Shown here piece after piece: positions 12,703 through 22,884 of a stretch of 64,000 nt of DNA (position 1 is the stretch's first letter; every line of letters starts with the position of its first letter). The stretch comes from Alphaproteobacteria bacterium (GTDB lineage Bacteria; Pseudomonadota; Alphaproteobacteria; GCA-2731375). The notes under the pieces are model-generated. The model had not been told where the DNA came from and did no database searches. It saw only the letters and a list, made by a program, of their open reading frames with translations. The DNA lies in the NCBI GenBank assembly GCA_965225945.1, contig CBDDBZ010000025.1:1-64000 (forward strand), given 5' to 3'. The position numbers were made by a program, and so were the translations under genes.

Positions 12703-13683
12703 TCATGCCGCCGACGGCTCGGACATAGCTGCCGTCCCCTCTTGGCTAGGCGGGTCCAACTCAATTTCAGAAGACGGGGCCAGCGTTTCTTTCGGCTTCT
12801 CATTTTTGTACCTGATTACGCACTATTTTCAGCTAATTTGGGGGGCTGATGGAGAGGGGGTGAAGTGCGAGGGGTGCTCCGTTGCGACGAGGTGTCGTCC
12901 ATATCATCCTTTTGTCAGGTCCACCTCGTAGTCTGGCTCGCCCTCCGACATCACCTGTACCAGCTTACGCTTCGCTCTCCAAGCTGTGGTCTGAGTGACC
13001 CGAAGTCGCCGGGCCAGCTCGATGCTGGAGACGCGTTTATTCGACTTGATGATCAGATACATTATTCTGAACCAGAAAGTGAGCGGCAGATGGGTAGACT
13101 GGAAGATTGTGCCGGCGGTCAGCGACACTTGGTAGCGGCAGGCAGAGCACTGGTAAAGGCCGCGGTTGGTGATTTCGCTAAAGCGCCAGGCACCGCAGCG
13201 CGGGCAAGCGAAACCCTTTGGCCAGCGCAAAGCAAACAGGGCCGCCCGGCATCGCTTCTCGCTTCCGTACAACTCACGAAACCGCTGCTCACTGAGCCCT
13301 TTCTGAAACTGCACTTTGTTGAGTGGCATGCAGAATCCCCTGAAAAACCTCGGATTTCCACTGATTATACCACGATGAATCAGCTGAGGATCGTGCGTAA
13401 TCAGGTTTTTGTATGCGATGAAGCCCGACGCGCCTTTGCCTTTGGCACGACGCAGTGTGTACCCATGATTGCCGAGTTTGAACTTCGGGTCATTCTCAAA
13501 GCCCGCGAGAGCATTGACGATCTTCATCGCCACGGGATCTGGCTTGCTCGTGGCTTGTGAGGCAGCCCCCCGCTCCAGCCACTTTGCGAAGACCTCTTCG
13601 GCGAGCTCGTCACCGACAGATTTCCGAAGCGCGTTCAATTTTCTCACCAAACCTTTGGTGAGCCCGGATTCATCGATTGCCAT
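12703..13683 (-). pseudogene. Small basic hypothetical protein (paralogue of 736-1008) interrupted by an IS1595 derivative
   Basis: Removing 12811-13413 restores ...GFIAYKNEKPKETLAPSS...EPSAA-stop. Confidence 0.8.
12811..13405 (-). mobile_element. 595-bp internally deleted IS1595-family element
   Basis: IR CCTGATTACGCAC at both ends, 8-bp TSD TTTTTGTA; encodes only the Zn-ribbon/HTH part (12904-13329) of the transposase seen at 32438. Confidence 0.9.
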
Positions 13684-13888
13684 TTCTTAAACCTCTGATT
13701 TTCAGCCTCTTAATACTGTAGCGTGGCGTGGCTTTTGTACAACCGATTGCCATTGTTTATCAGCAGTTTACTGTTCGCTTTTCCCGTTGTCTAATTGTAA
13801 CTACCCAGGTACCCCGCTCTTGACCGCGAGAGGATGATGTAGGTGGTCGCCGGGGCCGGGTTTCCGCCGCCGCGTCGTTGATCGTCTC

Positions 13889-13917
13889 TTGACTCCATAG
13901 AATCGGGCGTCTATGGG
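13889..13917 (+). promoter_or_regulatory. Putative sigma-70 promoter of the MTase-transposase operon
   Basis: TTGACT-N17-TATGGG, overlapped by IR CCATAGA-N8-TCTATGG and two GANTC sites. Confidence 0.55.
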
Positions 13918-13945
13918 TTGCGCTCTCGTGTGACGGGAGCGGCGC

Positions 13946-14611
13946 GTGGAATATTTTGGGTCGAAGGCGACGAGCGGTCTGTGCCAGGCGCTGATTGCGC
14001 TGATGCCGCCGCACAGCGTTTACATCGAGAGCCACCTGGGGGGCGGTGCGCTGATGAAGCGCAAGCCAACGGGCGTGCGCTCGATCGGCATCGACCGCGA
14101 TGCGCAGGCGCTCGAGGCCTTTGCCTGTGACTACCCGGTCGAGTTGGTGCATGGCTGTGCCCATGCCTTTTTGGCCTCGTTCCCGTTTCTGGGCCCGGAG
14201 CTGGTCTACAGCGATCCCCCCTATCTGCACGCGACCCGCCGTTCGGCACGGCGCTATCGCTTCGACTACGAGGAGGTCGACCATGTCGCGCTCCTGGACC
14301 TGCTCAAGGATCTGCCCTGCCAGGTGATGGTCTCGGGCCATCCCTCGGCGCTCTATGACGAGATGCTGGCGGGCTGGCGCAGTCTGGCGCTGCAGGTGAC
14401 GACCCAGGCCCAGGTGCGGACCGAGGTCGTGTGGTTCAACTTCGCGCCCGACCGGGTGCATTGGGCGAGCTACGCAGGCCGGAACTTCACCGACCGCCAG
14501 CGCATCAAGCGTAAGGCGGCCAACTGGGGCCGGCGTTACAAGGCCTTGCCGGCGGGCGAACGCCTCGCGGTGCTGGCCGCCATGATGGCCGTCGATGCCG
14601 AGGACCCGTGA
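13946..14611 (+). CDS. Compact Dam/D12-class N6-adenine DNA methyltransferase
   Basis: YFGSK, IESHLGGGAL (SAM binding), VYSDPPY (catalytic), VMVSG, RTEVVWFNF. Confidence 0.88.
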   Translation: MEYFGSKATSGLCQALIALMPPHSVYIESHLGGGALMKRKPTGVRSIGIDRDAQALEAFACDYPVELVHGCAHAFLASFPFLGPELVYSDPPYLHATRRSARRYRFDYEEVDHVALLDLLKDLPCQVMVSGHPSALYDEMLAGWRSLALQVTTQAQVRTEVVWFNFAPDRVHWASYAGRNFTDRQRIKRKAANWGRRYKALPAGERLAVLAAMMAVDAEDP

Positions 14612-16146
14612 CGCTGTCGCGCTGGCACGAGGACCTCGCCGCCCATGACGAGGCCTTCGCGTGCCTGCAAGATCTTCTTGACCCCTCATCCTTCGCAATC
14701 ACAGTCGTCAAGGCCTTCCGGGAATGGGGCCAGGGGCTGTTGCGCCTGGCCACGGCGCTCGTCCGGGAGAATGCCGCGCTCGAGCGGGAGAACGCGACCC
14801 TGCGGGACCGCATCGCCGAGCTCGAGCGGAGCGCGGCGCTTGACAGCACCACCAGCAGCAAGCCGCCCGCCAGCGACGGCCTGCGCAAGAAGAGCGGAAC
14901 CCAGAGGCGCACCCGAAGCCAGCGCGGCAAGTCCGGCAGGCCAAGCGGCGGCCAGCCGGGCCACAAGGGAACGACGCTGGCGCGGACCGAGAGCCCGGAC
15001 CATGTTGTGGATCATGACCCCTCCGCCTGTTCGGGCTGCGGCGCACCGCTGTCGGACGCCGACCGTCACCGCGCGCCCGTCTGTCGACAGGTCTTCGATG
15101 TGCCCGAGCCACGCCCCCTGGAGGTCACCGAACACCGCGCCCATCGCTGCCTCTGCGGCGCCTGCGCCACCGTGACAGGAGCCGTCTTCCCGGACGGCGT
15201 GACCGCCCCGGTCCAGTACGGGCCACGCATCACCGCCTGGGTGAGCTACCTGCTGTACGCCCAGTTCGTTCCCGAGAAGCGCTTGGCCGAACTCATGAGC
15301 GACCTCTTCGCAGTGTCCATCTCCACAGCCACGATCACCGCCATGGGCCGGCGAATCGCCAGGCGCTTCGAGCCCTTCCTCGCCCATGTCGCAGACGTGA
15401 TCCGCACAGCGGTCCCGGTCAAGCACCTCGACGAAACCGGCCTGCGGATCGCCGCCCGTACCCGCTGGCTCCACGTGCTGTGCACCCCATTCCTGACCGT
15501 CCTGCGCATCGGCGCGGGACGCGGCGATGTCGAAAAGGACCTCGAAGGCATCCTCATCCATGACGATTACGCCGCCTACTTCACCCTCAAGGGCGTGCGC
15601 CACGGCGCCTGCAACGCCCATCACCTGCGCGAACTCCAGGCCCTGATCGACATCGAGAAGGAAGACTGGGCAAAGAGCATGCACCGCCTCCTTGAGCGCG
15701 CACACAGGGCTACCCGCTTCTCCCGTGAGAACGGCCGCGACGTGCCCGCCTCCCTGGTGGCCCGGATCTCGCGGGCCTGGGCCCGCATCCTCGACCACGC
15801 CATCGCCTTCCACGAGGCGCAGCCGCCGCTCCGGACCGGCAAGCGCGGACGAAAGAAACGCCGCATCGGTCATAACCTCGCGCTCCGCCTCCGCAAGCAC
15901 AAGGAGGGATGCCTGCGATTCCTCACCGACCCGCGCACGCCGTTTACGAACAATGAGGCCGAACGTGACCTCCGAATGGCCAAGCTGCGCCAGAAGATCT
16001 CCGGTGGCTTCCGCTCCGAGAGGGGTGCCTACAACTTCGCCAGAATGCGTGCCGTCATCGCCACCGCCCGAAAGCAAGGCTGGAACGTCCTCCAGACCCT
16101 GGTGCATCCCGATCCGATGCAACTAATCCCCCAACTGCGCCTCTGA
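14608..16146 (+). CDS. IS66 transposase (TnpC; single-ORF ISBst12-like organisation)
   Basis: Coiled coil, SSKPPASD, GGQPGHKG, Cys Zn finger, HLDETG, IHDDY, TNNEAERDLR. Confidence 0.93.
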   Translation: MTLSRWHEDLAAHDEAFACLQDLLDPSSFAITVVKAFREWGQGLLRLATALVRENAALERENATLRDRIAELERSAALDSTTSSKPPASDGLRKKSGTQRRTRSQRGKSGRPSGGQPGHKGTTLARTESPDHVVDHDPSACSGCGAPLSDADRHRAPVCRQVFDVPEPRPLEVTEHRAHRCLCGACATVTGAVFPDGVTAPVQYGPRITAWVSYLLYAQFVPEKRLAELMSDLFAVSISTATITAMGRRIARRFEPFLAHVADVIRTAVPVKHLDETGLRIAARTRWLHVLCTPFLTVLRIGAGRGDVEKDLEGILIHDDYAAYFTLKGVRHGACNAHHLRELQALIDIEKEDWAKSMHRLLERAHRATRFSRENGRDVPASLVARISRAWARILDHAIAFHEAQPPLRTGKRGRKKRRIGHNLALRLRKHKEGCLRFLTDPRTPFTNNEAERDLRMAKLRQKISGGFRSERGAYNFARMRAVIATARKQGWNVLQTLVHPDPMQLIPQLRL

Positions 16147-16613
16147 GAACACCGGCACCGCTACCAGCCCGGACCCCCACGATCCCTCACATACAAACGC
16201 TCGGGCCAATCAGACCTGGGTAGTTACCCTGCGACAGCAATCTCTCATTGAAGTCTTGGTCCCCGCCCTGCTCAAGAAACCAGTAGGTACTACGGACTAT
16301 GCATCGCACGGTGGCCACTGCGAGCAACCCCTTTTCAGGGTGGCGGACCCAAGTCAAAGGGCAAAAACCCCATAGATTCGTTCGCCCACTTCCGGTGTAC
16401 CTCCAGCTCTGGGCGTTACATTAGCGGGGCGCTAACATGGTGAGTCATGACCCAGCCCCGACATTCGTCGCGAAATCGGCAAACAGAATGGAGCGAATTT
16501 TTCGCGGATCGAATCAGTCACTCTTAAAATACCAATCACCGGAGAAAGAGCAGTTCTCGATACTTGGGCATCGGCCAAATTTTGTCATCTACCAGCCCTT
16601 CCAGTTTATCGAT

Positions 16614-17691
16614 CGTCCCTATCTGGTTAAAGCAGGATGGGCTCCGAATGTTCTTGATATGTTCTCCATAGAGGTGTAGGCTGATCGCATCGGCTGGAGC
16701 TTTTGGAGGACTATTCGATGAGCGGGATATTGGAGTTCCTCGAACGCCATGGATCGGAGGCGGACTGCATCGAGGCGCTGGCTCGGCTGCGCTGGCCGCA
16801 AGGCTACGTCTGCGCGCGTTGCGGCGAGAGGCGGAACTACCAATTGAAGACGCGGCCGCGGGTCTTCGAATGCGCCGGTTGCGGCCATCAGGAATCGGTG
16901 ACCGCGGGCACGGTCTTCCACCGCACCCGCACACCGTTGCGCAAATGGTTCCTGGCGGCGTGGTGGATGGGGCGCGACAAGCGCGGGGTCTCGGCGCTGT
17001 TTCTGTCGCGAGAGTTGAGCCTGCGCTACGACACCGCCTGGCTGATGGCCCACAAGCTGCGCCATGCCCTGACGGAGCGCCCGGAGTTCCCGCTGGAGGG
17101 CTTGGTCGAGGTCGACGAGAGCTATTACGGCGGGCGGGGCAAGCCGGAGAGCCGGGGGCGCGGGCTTTCCAACCCGAACAAGAGCCTGTTGGTGATGGCG
17201 GTCGAGAAGTGGCCGGTCGGGTCGGGCAAGGGCATCAAGGGGAGCGGCTTCGCCGCCGGCGCCGCGCGGCTCGCCATCCTGCCCGAGGCCACCGCCCGTG
17301 AGTTGGGCGACTTCGTGCGCGCCTCGGTGAAGCCGGGAAGCCGCCTCGACAGCGACGCTTTCAAGAGTTACGCCAAGCTTGGCGATACTTATCGCCACCA
17401 GCCCGTCGTTCAAGGCCAAGGCAAGAACGCCGAGCAGCTCATGCCGGTCGTCCATGTCCTGTTTTCCAACGTGAAGACGTGGCTCAACGGAACCTACCAC
17501 GGGGTGAGCGCCAAGCATTTGCCGCGCTACGTCCGGGAATGGAACTACCGCTTCAACCGGCGCAAACGCATCTTCGACCTTGCCGATTTCGTGTTGCACC
17601 GCGCCATGACCCGACCGACCATCACCTAAAGGGAACTGGTCGACGGTATACAATCGCAGGGAGCGCTGCCTGCCTTAACCGGATAGGGACG
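16614..17691 (+). mobile_element. IS1595-family element (transposase about 16717-17629)
   Basis: IR CGTCCCTATCYGGTTAARGCAGG, 8-bp TSD TTATCGAT; Zn ribbon, VEVDESY, YVREWNYRFNRR. Confidence 0.93.
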
Positions 17692-19363
17692 TTATCGATA
17701 GACGCTCTAACGTCGCCAAAATCGGCTTTACCTGCTCTAACGTCGCCAAAAAGCGGCTTTACCTGCTCCGCATACGCCTCGGCTCTCTGGCCAGCATCGC
17801 CGATGTTGTCGGCGGCGGATTTCGCTTCCATTAATCGCGGCAAGTCCTCACTCAGACTTTGTGTAAAATCTGTAATTGGGGTAACTTTAGCGACCACGCT
17901 TTGCGCCTGATTATTGAGCCCCATGTCACTGAGGTTGCGATAGGTCTCGCCGAGTTCGTTGAGGTGCTCATTGGCGGCAGGCAAGATAAACGTCCTGCTC
18001 ATTTCCTCCAACAGGTCGGCTTCGATACCGACCTTGTTCAAGTAATGTTCGATCAGGACTTCGTAACGGCTATGCAGTTCGTTTTCACTGAAAACGTGCT
18101 GGTTTTCAAATGCTTCTTTAGATTTCTCGGAAATCATAGCCTTAAGAGCGACGGCGGTGGTTTTGTTGTTCGATAGTCCCCGAGCCACAGCTTCCTTTTC
18201 CCATGCCTCCGAATAGCCATCGCCGTTGAAAACGATCCGCTCTATATCTTCCTTATACTCCTGTAGAACAGAGACAATATTGTTTTCTGTATTTGGGTTT
18301 TTTTGATTCCTGCTATCTACTTCTTTTTTGAAAGCCTGCAATTGGTTGGCAACTATCGTGTTCAGCACGGTCATTGGCGCTGCGGAATTTGCCGAGCCGC
18401 CAACAGCACGGAATTCGAACCTATTGTCCACAAATGGAAATGGAAAGGTCCGATTTCTGTCAGTTGGATCTTTTTCGATGGCGGCGATTTTGGTCAATTG
18501 AAGATCGATCATAGTCTTTTCTTGGCCAACACCTGAGGTCAGTCCTTTCGAACAGAACTCGGCTAAAACCTCTTCGAGAGACGATCCGGTGAAAATGGAG
18601 ATTATGGCAGGCGGGGCTTCATTGGCGCCCAGCCGGTGATCATTACCTTCACTGGCAATAGCGGCCCGCAGCAAGTCGTCGTGATCGTGGATCGCTTTGA
18701 TCACATTGATGAAGAAAGTCAGGAATTGCAGGTCCGAACCGGGATCGTTTCCCGGGGAGAACAGATTCTTGCCGTTGCTGGTGGCCAGGGACCAATTGTT
18801 GTGTTTTCCGTTTCCATTGAGTCCACCAAACGGCTTTTCATCAAACAAGATCCTGAATTTATGTTTGATCGCGATTTTTTCCATCAGGTCCATGATCAGC
18901 AGGTTATGATCAACAGCTACATTGGTTTCCTCGAACATCGGGGCACATTCGTACTGACCGGGGGCCACTTCATTGTGGCGGGTCACAATGGGAATGCCTA
19001 GCCTTAGGGCTTCAAACTCGAACTCCTTCATAAAATCCTGGACCCGCACCGGGATGGAACCGAAATAGTGATCGTCCATTTGCTGTCCCCTGGCGGATTC
19101 CCGGCCAAAGATGGTGCGGCCGGTAAGCAACATGTCGGGACGAGCATTAAAAAATTTCTCATCGACCAGGAAATATTCCTGCTCACAGCCGAGAGTGGAA
19201 AACACATGCTCCACCTCTTGATCGAAATAATGGCAGACCGCAGTAGCAGCAATATTCAGAGCATGGTTAGCCTTGAGCAAAGGTAACTACCCAGGTCTGA
19301 TTGGCCCGAGTGTTTGTATGTGAGGGATCGTGGGGGTCCGGGCTGGTAGCGGTGCCGGTGTTC

Positions 19364-20902
19364 TCAGAGGCGCAGTTGGGGGATTAGTTGCATCGGATCG
19401 GGATGCACCAGGGTCTGGAGGACGTTCCAGCCTTGCTTTCGGGCGGTGGCGATGACGGCACGCATTCTGGCGAAGTTGTAGGCACCCCTCTCGGAGCGGA
19501 AGCCACCGGAGATCTTCTGGCGCAGCTTGGCCATTCGGAGGTCACGTTCGGCCTCATTGTTCGTAAACGGCGTGCGCGGGTCGGTGAGGAATCGCAGGCA
19601 TCCCTCCTTGTGCTTGCGGAGGCGGAGCGCGAGGTTATGACCGATGCGGCGTTTCTTTCGTCCGCGCTTGCCGGTCCGGAGCGGCGGCTGCGCCTCGTGG
19701 AAGGCGATGGCGTGGTCGAGGATGCGGGCCCAGGCCCGCGAGATCCGGGCCACCAGGGAGGCGGGCACGTCGCGGCCGTTCTCACGGGAGAAGCGGGTAG
19801 CCCTGTGTGCGCGCTCAAGGAGGCGGTGCATGCTCTTTGCCCAGTCTTCCTTCTCGATGTCGATCAGGGCCTGGAGTTCGCGCAGGTGATGGGCGTTGCA
19901 GGCGCCGTGGCGCACGCCCTTGAGGGTGAAGTAGGCGGCGTAATCGTCATGGATGAGGATGCCTTCGAGGTCCTTTTCGACATCGCCGCGTCCCGCGCCG
20001 ATGCGCAGGACGGTCAGGAATGGGGTGCACAGCACGTGGAGCCAGCGGGTACGGGCGGCGATCCGCAGGCCGGTTTCGTCGAGGTGCTTGACCGGGACCG
20101 CTGTGCGGATCACGTCTGCGACATGGGCGAGGAAGGGCTCGAAGCGCCTGGCGATTCGCCGGCCCATGGCGGTGATCGTGGCTGTGGAGATGGACACTGC
20201 GAAGAGGTCGCTCATGAGTTCGGCCAAGCGCTTCTCGGGAACGAACTGGGCGTACAGCAGGTAGCTCACCCAGGCGGTGATGCGTGGCCCGTACTGGACC
20301 GGGGCGGTCACGCCGTCCGGGAAGACGGCTCCTGTCACGGTGGCGCAGGCGCCGCAGAGGCAGCGATGGGCGCGGTGTTCGGTGACCTCCAGGGGGCGTG
20401 GCTCGGGCACATCGAAGACCTGTCGACAGACGGGCGCGCGGTGACGGTCGGCGTCCGACAGCGGTGCGCCGCAGCCCGAACAGGCGGAGGGGTCATGATC
20501 CACAACATGGTCCGGGCTCTCGGTCCGCGCCAGCGTCGTTCCCTTGTGGCCCGGCTGGCCGCCGCTTGGCCTGCCGGACTTGCCGCGCTGGCTTCGGGTG
20601 CGCCTCTGGGTTCCGCTCTTCTTGCGCAGGCCGTCGCTGGCGGGCGGCTTGCTGCTGGTGGTGCTGTCAAGCGCCGCGCTCCGCTCGAGCTCGGCGATGC
20701 GGTCCCGCAGGGTCGCGTTCTCCCGCTCGAGCGCGGCATTCTCCCGGACGAGCGCCGTGGCCAGGCGCAACAGCCCCTGGCCCCATTCCCGGAAGGCCTT
20801 GACGACTGTGATTGCGAAGGATGAGGGGTCAAGAAGATCTTGCAGGCACGCGAAGGCCTCGTCATGGGCGGCGAGGTCCTCGTGCCAGCGCGACAGCGTC
20901 AC
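19364..20902 (-). CDS. IS66 transposase, copy 2
   Basis: Translation appears identical to 14608-16146. Confidence 0.93.
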   Translation of the reverse strand: MTLSRWHEDLAAHDEAFACLQDLLDPSSFAITVVKAFREWGQGLLRLATALVRENAALERENATLRDRIAELERSAALDSTTSSKPPASDGLRKKSGTQRRTRSQRGKSGRPSGGQPGHKGTTLARTESPDHVVDHDPSACSGCGAPLSDADRHRAPVCRQVFDVPEPRPLEVTEHRAHRCLCGACATVTGAVFPDGVTAPVQYGPRITAWVSYLLYAQFVPEKRLAELMSDLFAVSISTATITAMGRRIARRFEPFLAHVADVIRTAVPVKHLDETGLRIAARTRWLHVLCTPFLTVLRIGAGRGDVEKDLEGILIHDDYAAYFTLKGVRHGACNAHHLRELQALIDIEKEDWAKSMHRLLERAHRATRFSRENGRDVPASLVARISRAWARILDHAIAFHEAQPPLRTGKRGRKKRRIGHNLALRLRKHKEGCLRFLTDPRTPFTNNEAERDLRMAKLRQKISGGFRSERGAYNFARMRAVIATARKQGWNVLQTLVHPDPMQLIPQLRL

Positions 20903-21564
20903 GGGTCCTCGGCATCGACGGCCATCATGGCGGCCAGCACCGCGAGGCGTTCGCCCGCCGGCAAGGCCTTGTAACGCCGGCCCCAGTTGGCCGCCTTACG
21001 CTTGATGCGCTGGCGGTCGGTGAAGTTCCGGCCTGCGTAGCTCGCCCAATGCACCCGGTCGGGCGCGAAGTTGAACCACACGACCTCGGTCCGCACCTGG
21101 GCCTGGGTCGTCACCTGCAGCGCCAGACTGCGCCAGCCCGCCAGCATCTCGTCATAGAGCGCCGAGGGATGGCCCGAGACCATCACCTGGCAGGGCAGAT
21201 CCTTGAGCAGGTCCAGGAGCGCGACATGGTCGACCTCCTCGTAGTCGAAGCGATAGCGCCGTGCCGAACGGCGGGTCGCGTGCAGATAGGGGGGATCGCT
21301 GTAGACCAGCTCCGGGCCCAGAAACGGGAACGAGGCCAAAAAGGCATGGGCACAGCCATGCACCAACTCGACCGGGTAGTCACAGGCAAAGGCCTCGAGC
21401 GCCTGCGCATCGCGGTCGATGCCGATCGAGCGCACGCCCGTTGGCTTGCGCTTCATCAGCGCACCGCCCCCCAGGTGGCTCTCGATGTAAACGCTGTGCG
21501 GCGGCATCAGCGCAATCAGCGCCTGGCACAGACCGCTCGTCGCCTTCGACCCAAAATATTCCAC
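20899..21564 (-). CDS. Dam/D12-class adenine methyltransferase, copy 2
   Basis: Translation appears identical to 13946-14611. Confidence 0.88.
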   Translation of the reverse strand: MEYFGSKATSGLCQALIALMPPHSVYIESHLGGGALMKRKPTGVRSIGIDRDAQALEAFACDYPVELVHGCAHAFLASFPFLGPELVYSDPPYLHATRRSARRYRFDYEEVDHVALLDLLKDLPCQVMVSGHPSALYDEMLAGWRSLALQVTTQAQVRTEVVWFNFAPDRVHWASYAGRNFTDRQRIKRKAANWGRRYKALPAGERLAVLAAMMAVDAEDP

Positions 21565-22575
21565 GCGCCGCTCCCGTCACACGAGAGCGCAACCCATAGA
21601 CGCCCGATTCTATGGAGTCAAGAGACGATCAACGACGCGGCGGCGGAAACCCGGCCCCGGCGACCACCTACATCATCCTCTCGCGGTCAGGAGCGGGGTA
21701 CCTGGGTAGTTACAAGCAAAGGCGTCTTGTAATCCAGCGACTCCCCCGTGTAGGAAACAAAGACAGCCGGAATGTAGAGCGTCTTGCCATTCTCTGTTTC
21801 CAAAATGAAAACAGGCGAAGATGGGTCCCAGATAGAGTAGCTTCTCGCCATATGCGTAGACCGAAGCCCGCCGGATGGAAAACTAGACCCATCCGGTTCC
21901 TGCTTTACGAGTTGCGAAGCTGAAAGTCTTTCGATGCTCTTGGCTTCCAGGTCGATACTCGGCTTGAAAAATGCATCATGCTTTTCGGCAGTCGACCCCG
22001 TAAGCGGATGAAACCAATGTGTATAGTGCGTAACGCCTTTTCTCATCGCCCACATGATCAGGGCTTCGGCAATATTCTCGGCGGTCGAAAAATCCATTTG
22101 CTTTTGTTTCAAAATCACACCTTTAATTTTTCGTAGGTGGATTCTGTGACATATTCTTTGAGGTTGTTCAGGGAGAAGATGTTCTCACCGAATATCTCGG
22201 AAAACTTATGCCCCTCAGGTTTTGCCTGATCGTATCCACTGTTGAGATGGGTCAATTCATCGCCGGTTTGTTGCAGGTCTGACATAAGGTCGAACTCCTC
22301 CCTCGATATGCTTTATCCGAGCGCGCCAGCCTACGAATTACAACCCAGACGCCCGGCGTGATCGATTCGTCTTACCCGAGATTTCCATTGGCTCTCGTTC
22401 TAACCTTGCCTATCCGGTTATCACCCACACCCACTATATGTAGTGTGTCTCCTTGGACTGCAGGCAAGGGCCGGCGCAGGCGCATTGAGGAGGCGATCCG
22501 GCTAATTCTTGATTGTTCTGAAAACCGAACCGGAGTTTAATTCACGTCACGTACTTAACATCGGGGGACGAAACG

Positions 22576-22884
22576 GTGGCGACCAAGGGAAAAACGAAGA
22601 AACCCACGGCCAGACGGGAAGCTGCTGATGAAACGACATCGTCTGAGCGATTGACGGCACTAGTCGAAGAAAGCGACGCGCTGGCACGAATCGTTGCGAA
22701 GAACCCGTCCGCGCCTGTTAGTCTCCTGCGCGTTTTGAGTCGCAGCGAAGACGAAGCGACACGCAAGAACGTGATCCTCAATCCGTTTACTTCATATGAC
22801 GTATTGAGCGAACTTGAAAACCAGTTCACAGAGCTATTTGTGAATAATCCGGCACTCGAATCCTACAATTCAATGAAGCTCTGA
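22576..22884 (+). CDS. Small helical-repeat (leucine-rich-variant-like) protein, possibly truncated
   Basis: Repeated VAKNPSAP / VILNPFTS / VNNPAL units; RBS GGGGGA. Confidence 0.5.
   Translation: MATKGKTKKPTARREAADETTSSERLTALVEESDALARIVAKNPSAPVSLLRVLSRSEDEATRKNVILNPFTSYDVLSELENQFTELFVNNPALESYNSMKL

Larger units (their letters stand above)
13797..16227 (+). mobile_element. IS66-family element carrying a DNA adenine methyltransferase, copy 1 (2431 bp)
   Basis: IR GTAACTACCCAGGT / ACCTGGGTAGTTAC; near-identical inverted copy at 19283-21713; no TSD at this copy. Confidence 0.95.
19283..21713 (-). mobile_element. IS66-MTase element, copy 2 (2431 bp)
   Basis: Same IRs; flanked by GAGCAAAG / AAGCAAAG (8-bp TSD with one mismatch) inside GSIII. 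Confidence 0.95.
16536..22285 (-). pseudogene. Glutamine synthetase type III, interrupted by IS1595 and IS66-MTase, with a frameshift near 22120
   Basis: [83 protein letters not shown]; pieces rejoin in frame across both TSDs. Confidence 0.92.

Noticed and set aside
13946-14611. Restriction-modification system
   Set aside because: No endonuclease or specificity gene nearby; the MTase lies wholly inside IS ends
16228-16535. Structured RNA between IS66 copy 1 and the GSIII 3' end
   Set aside because: Only short hairpins; no recognisable family motif
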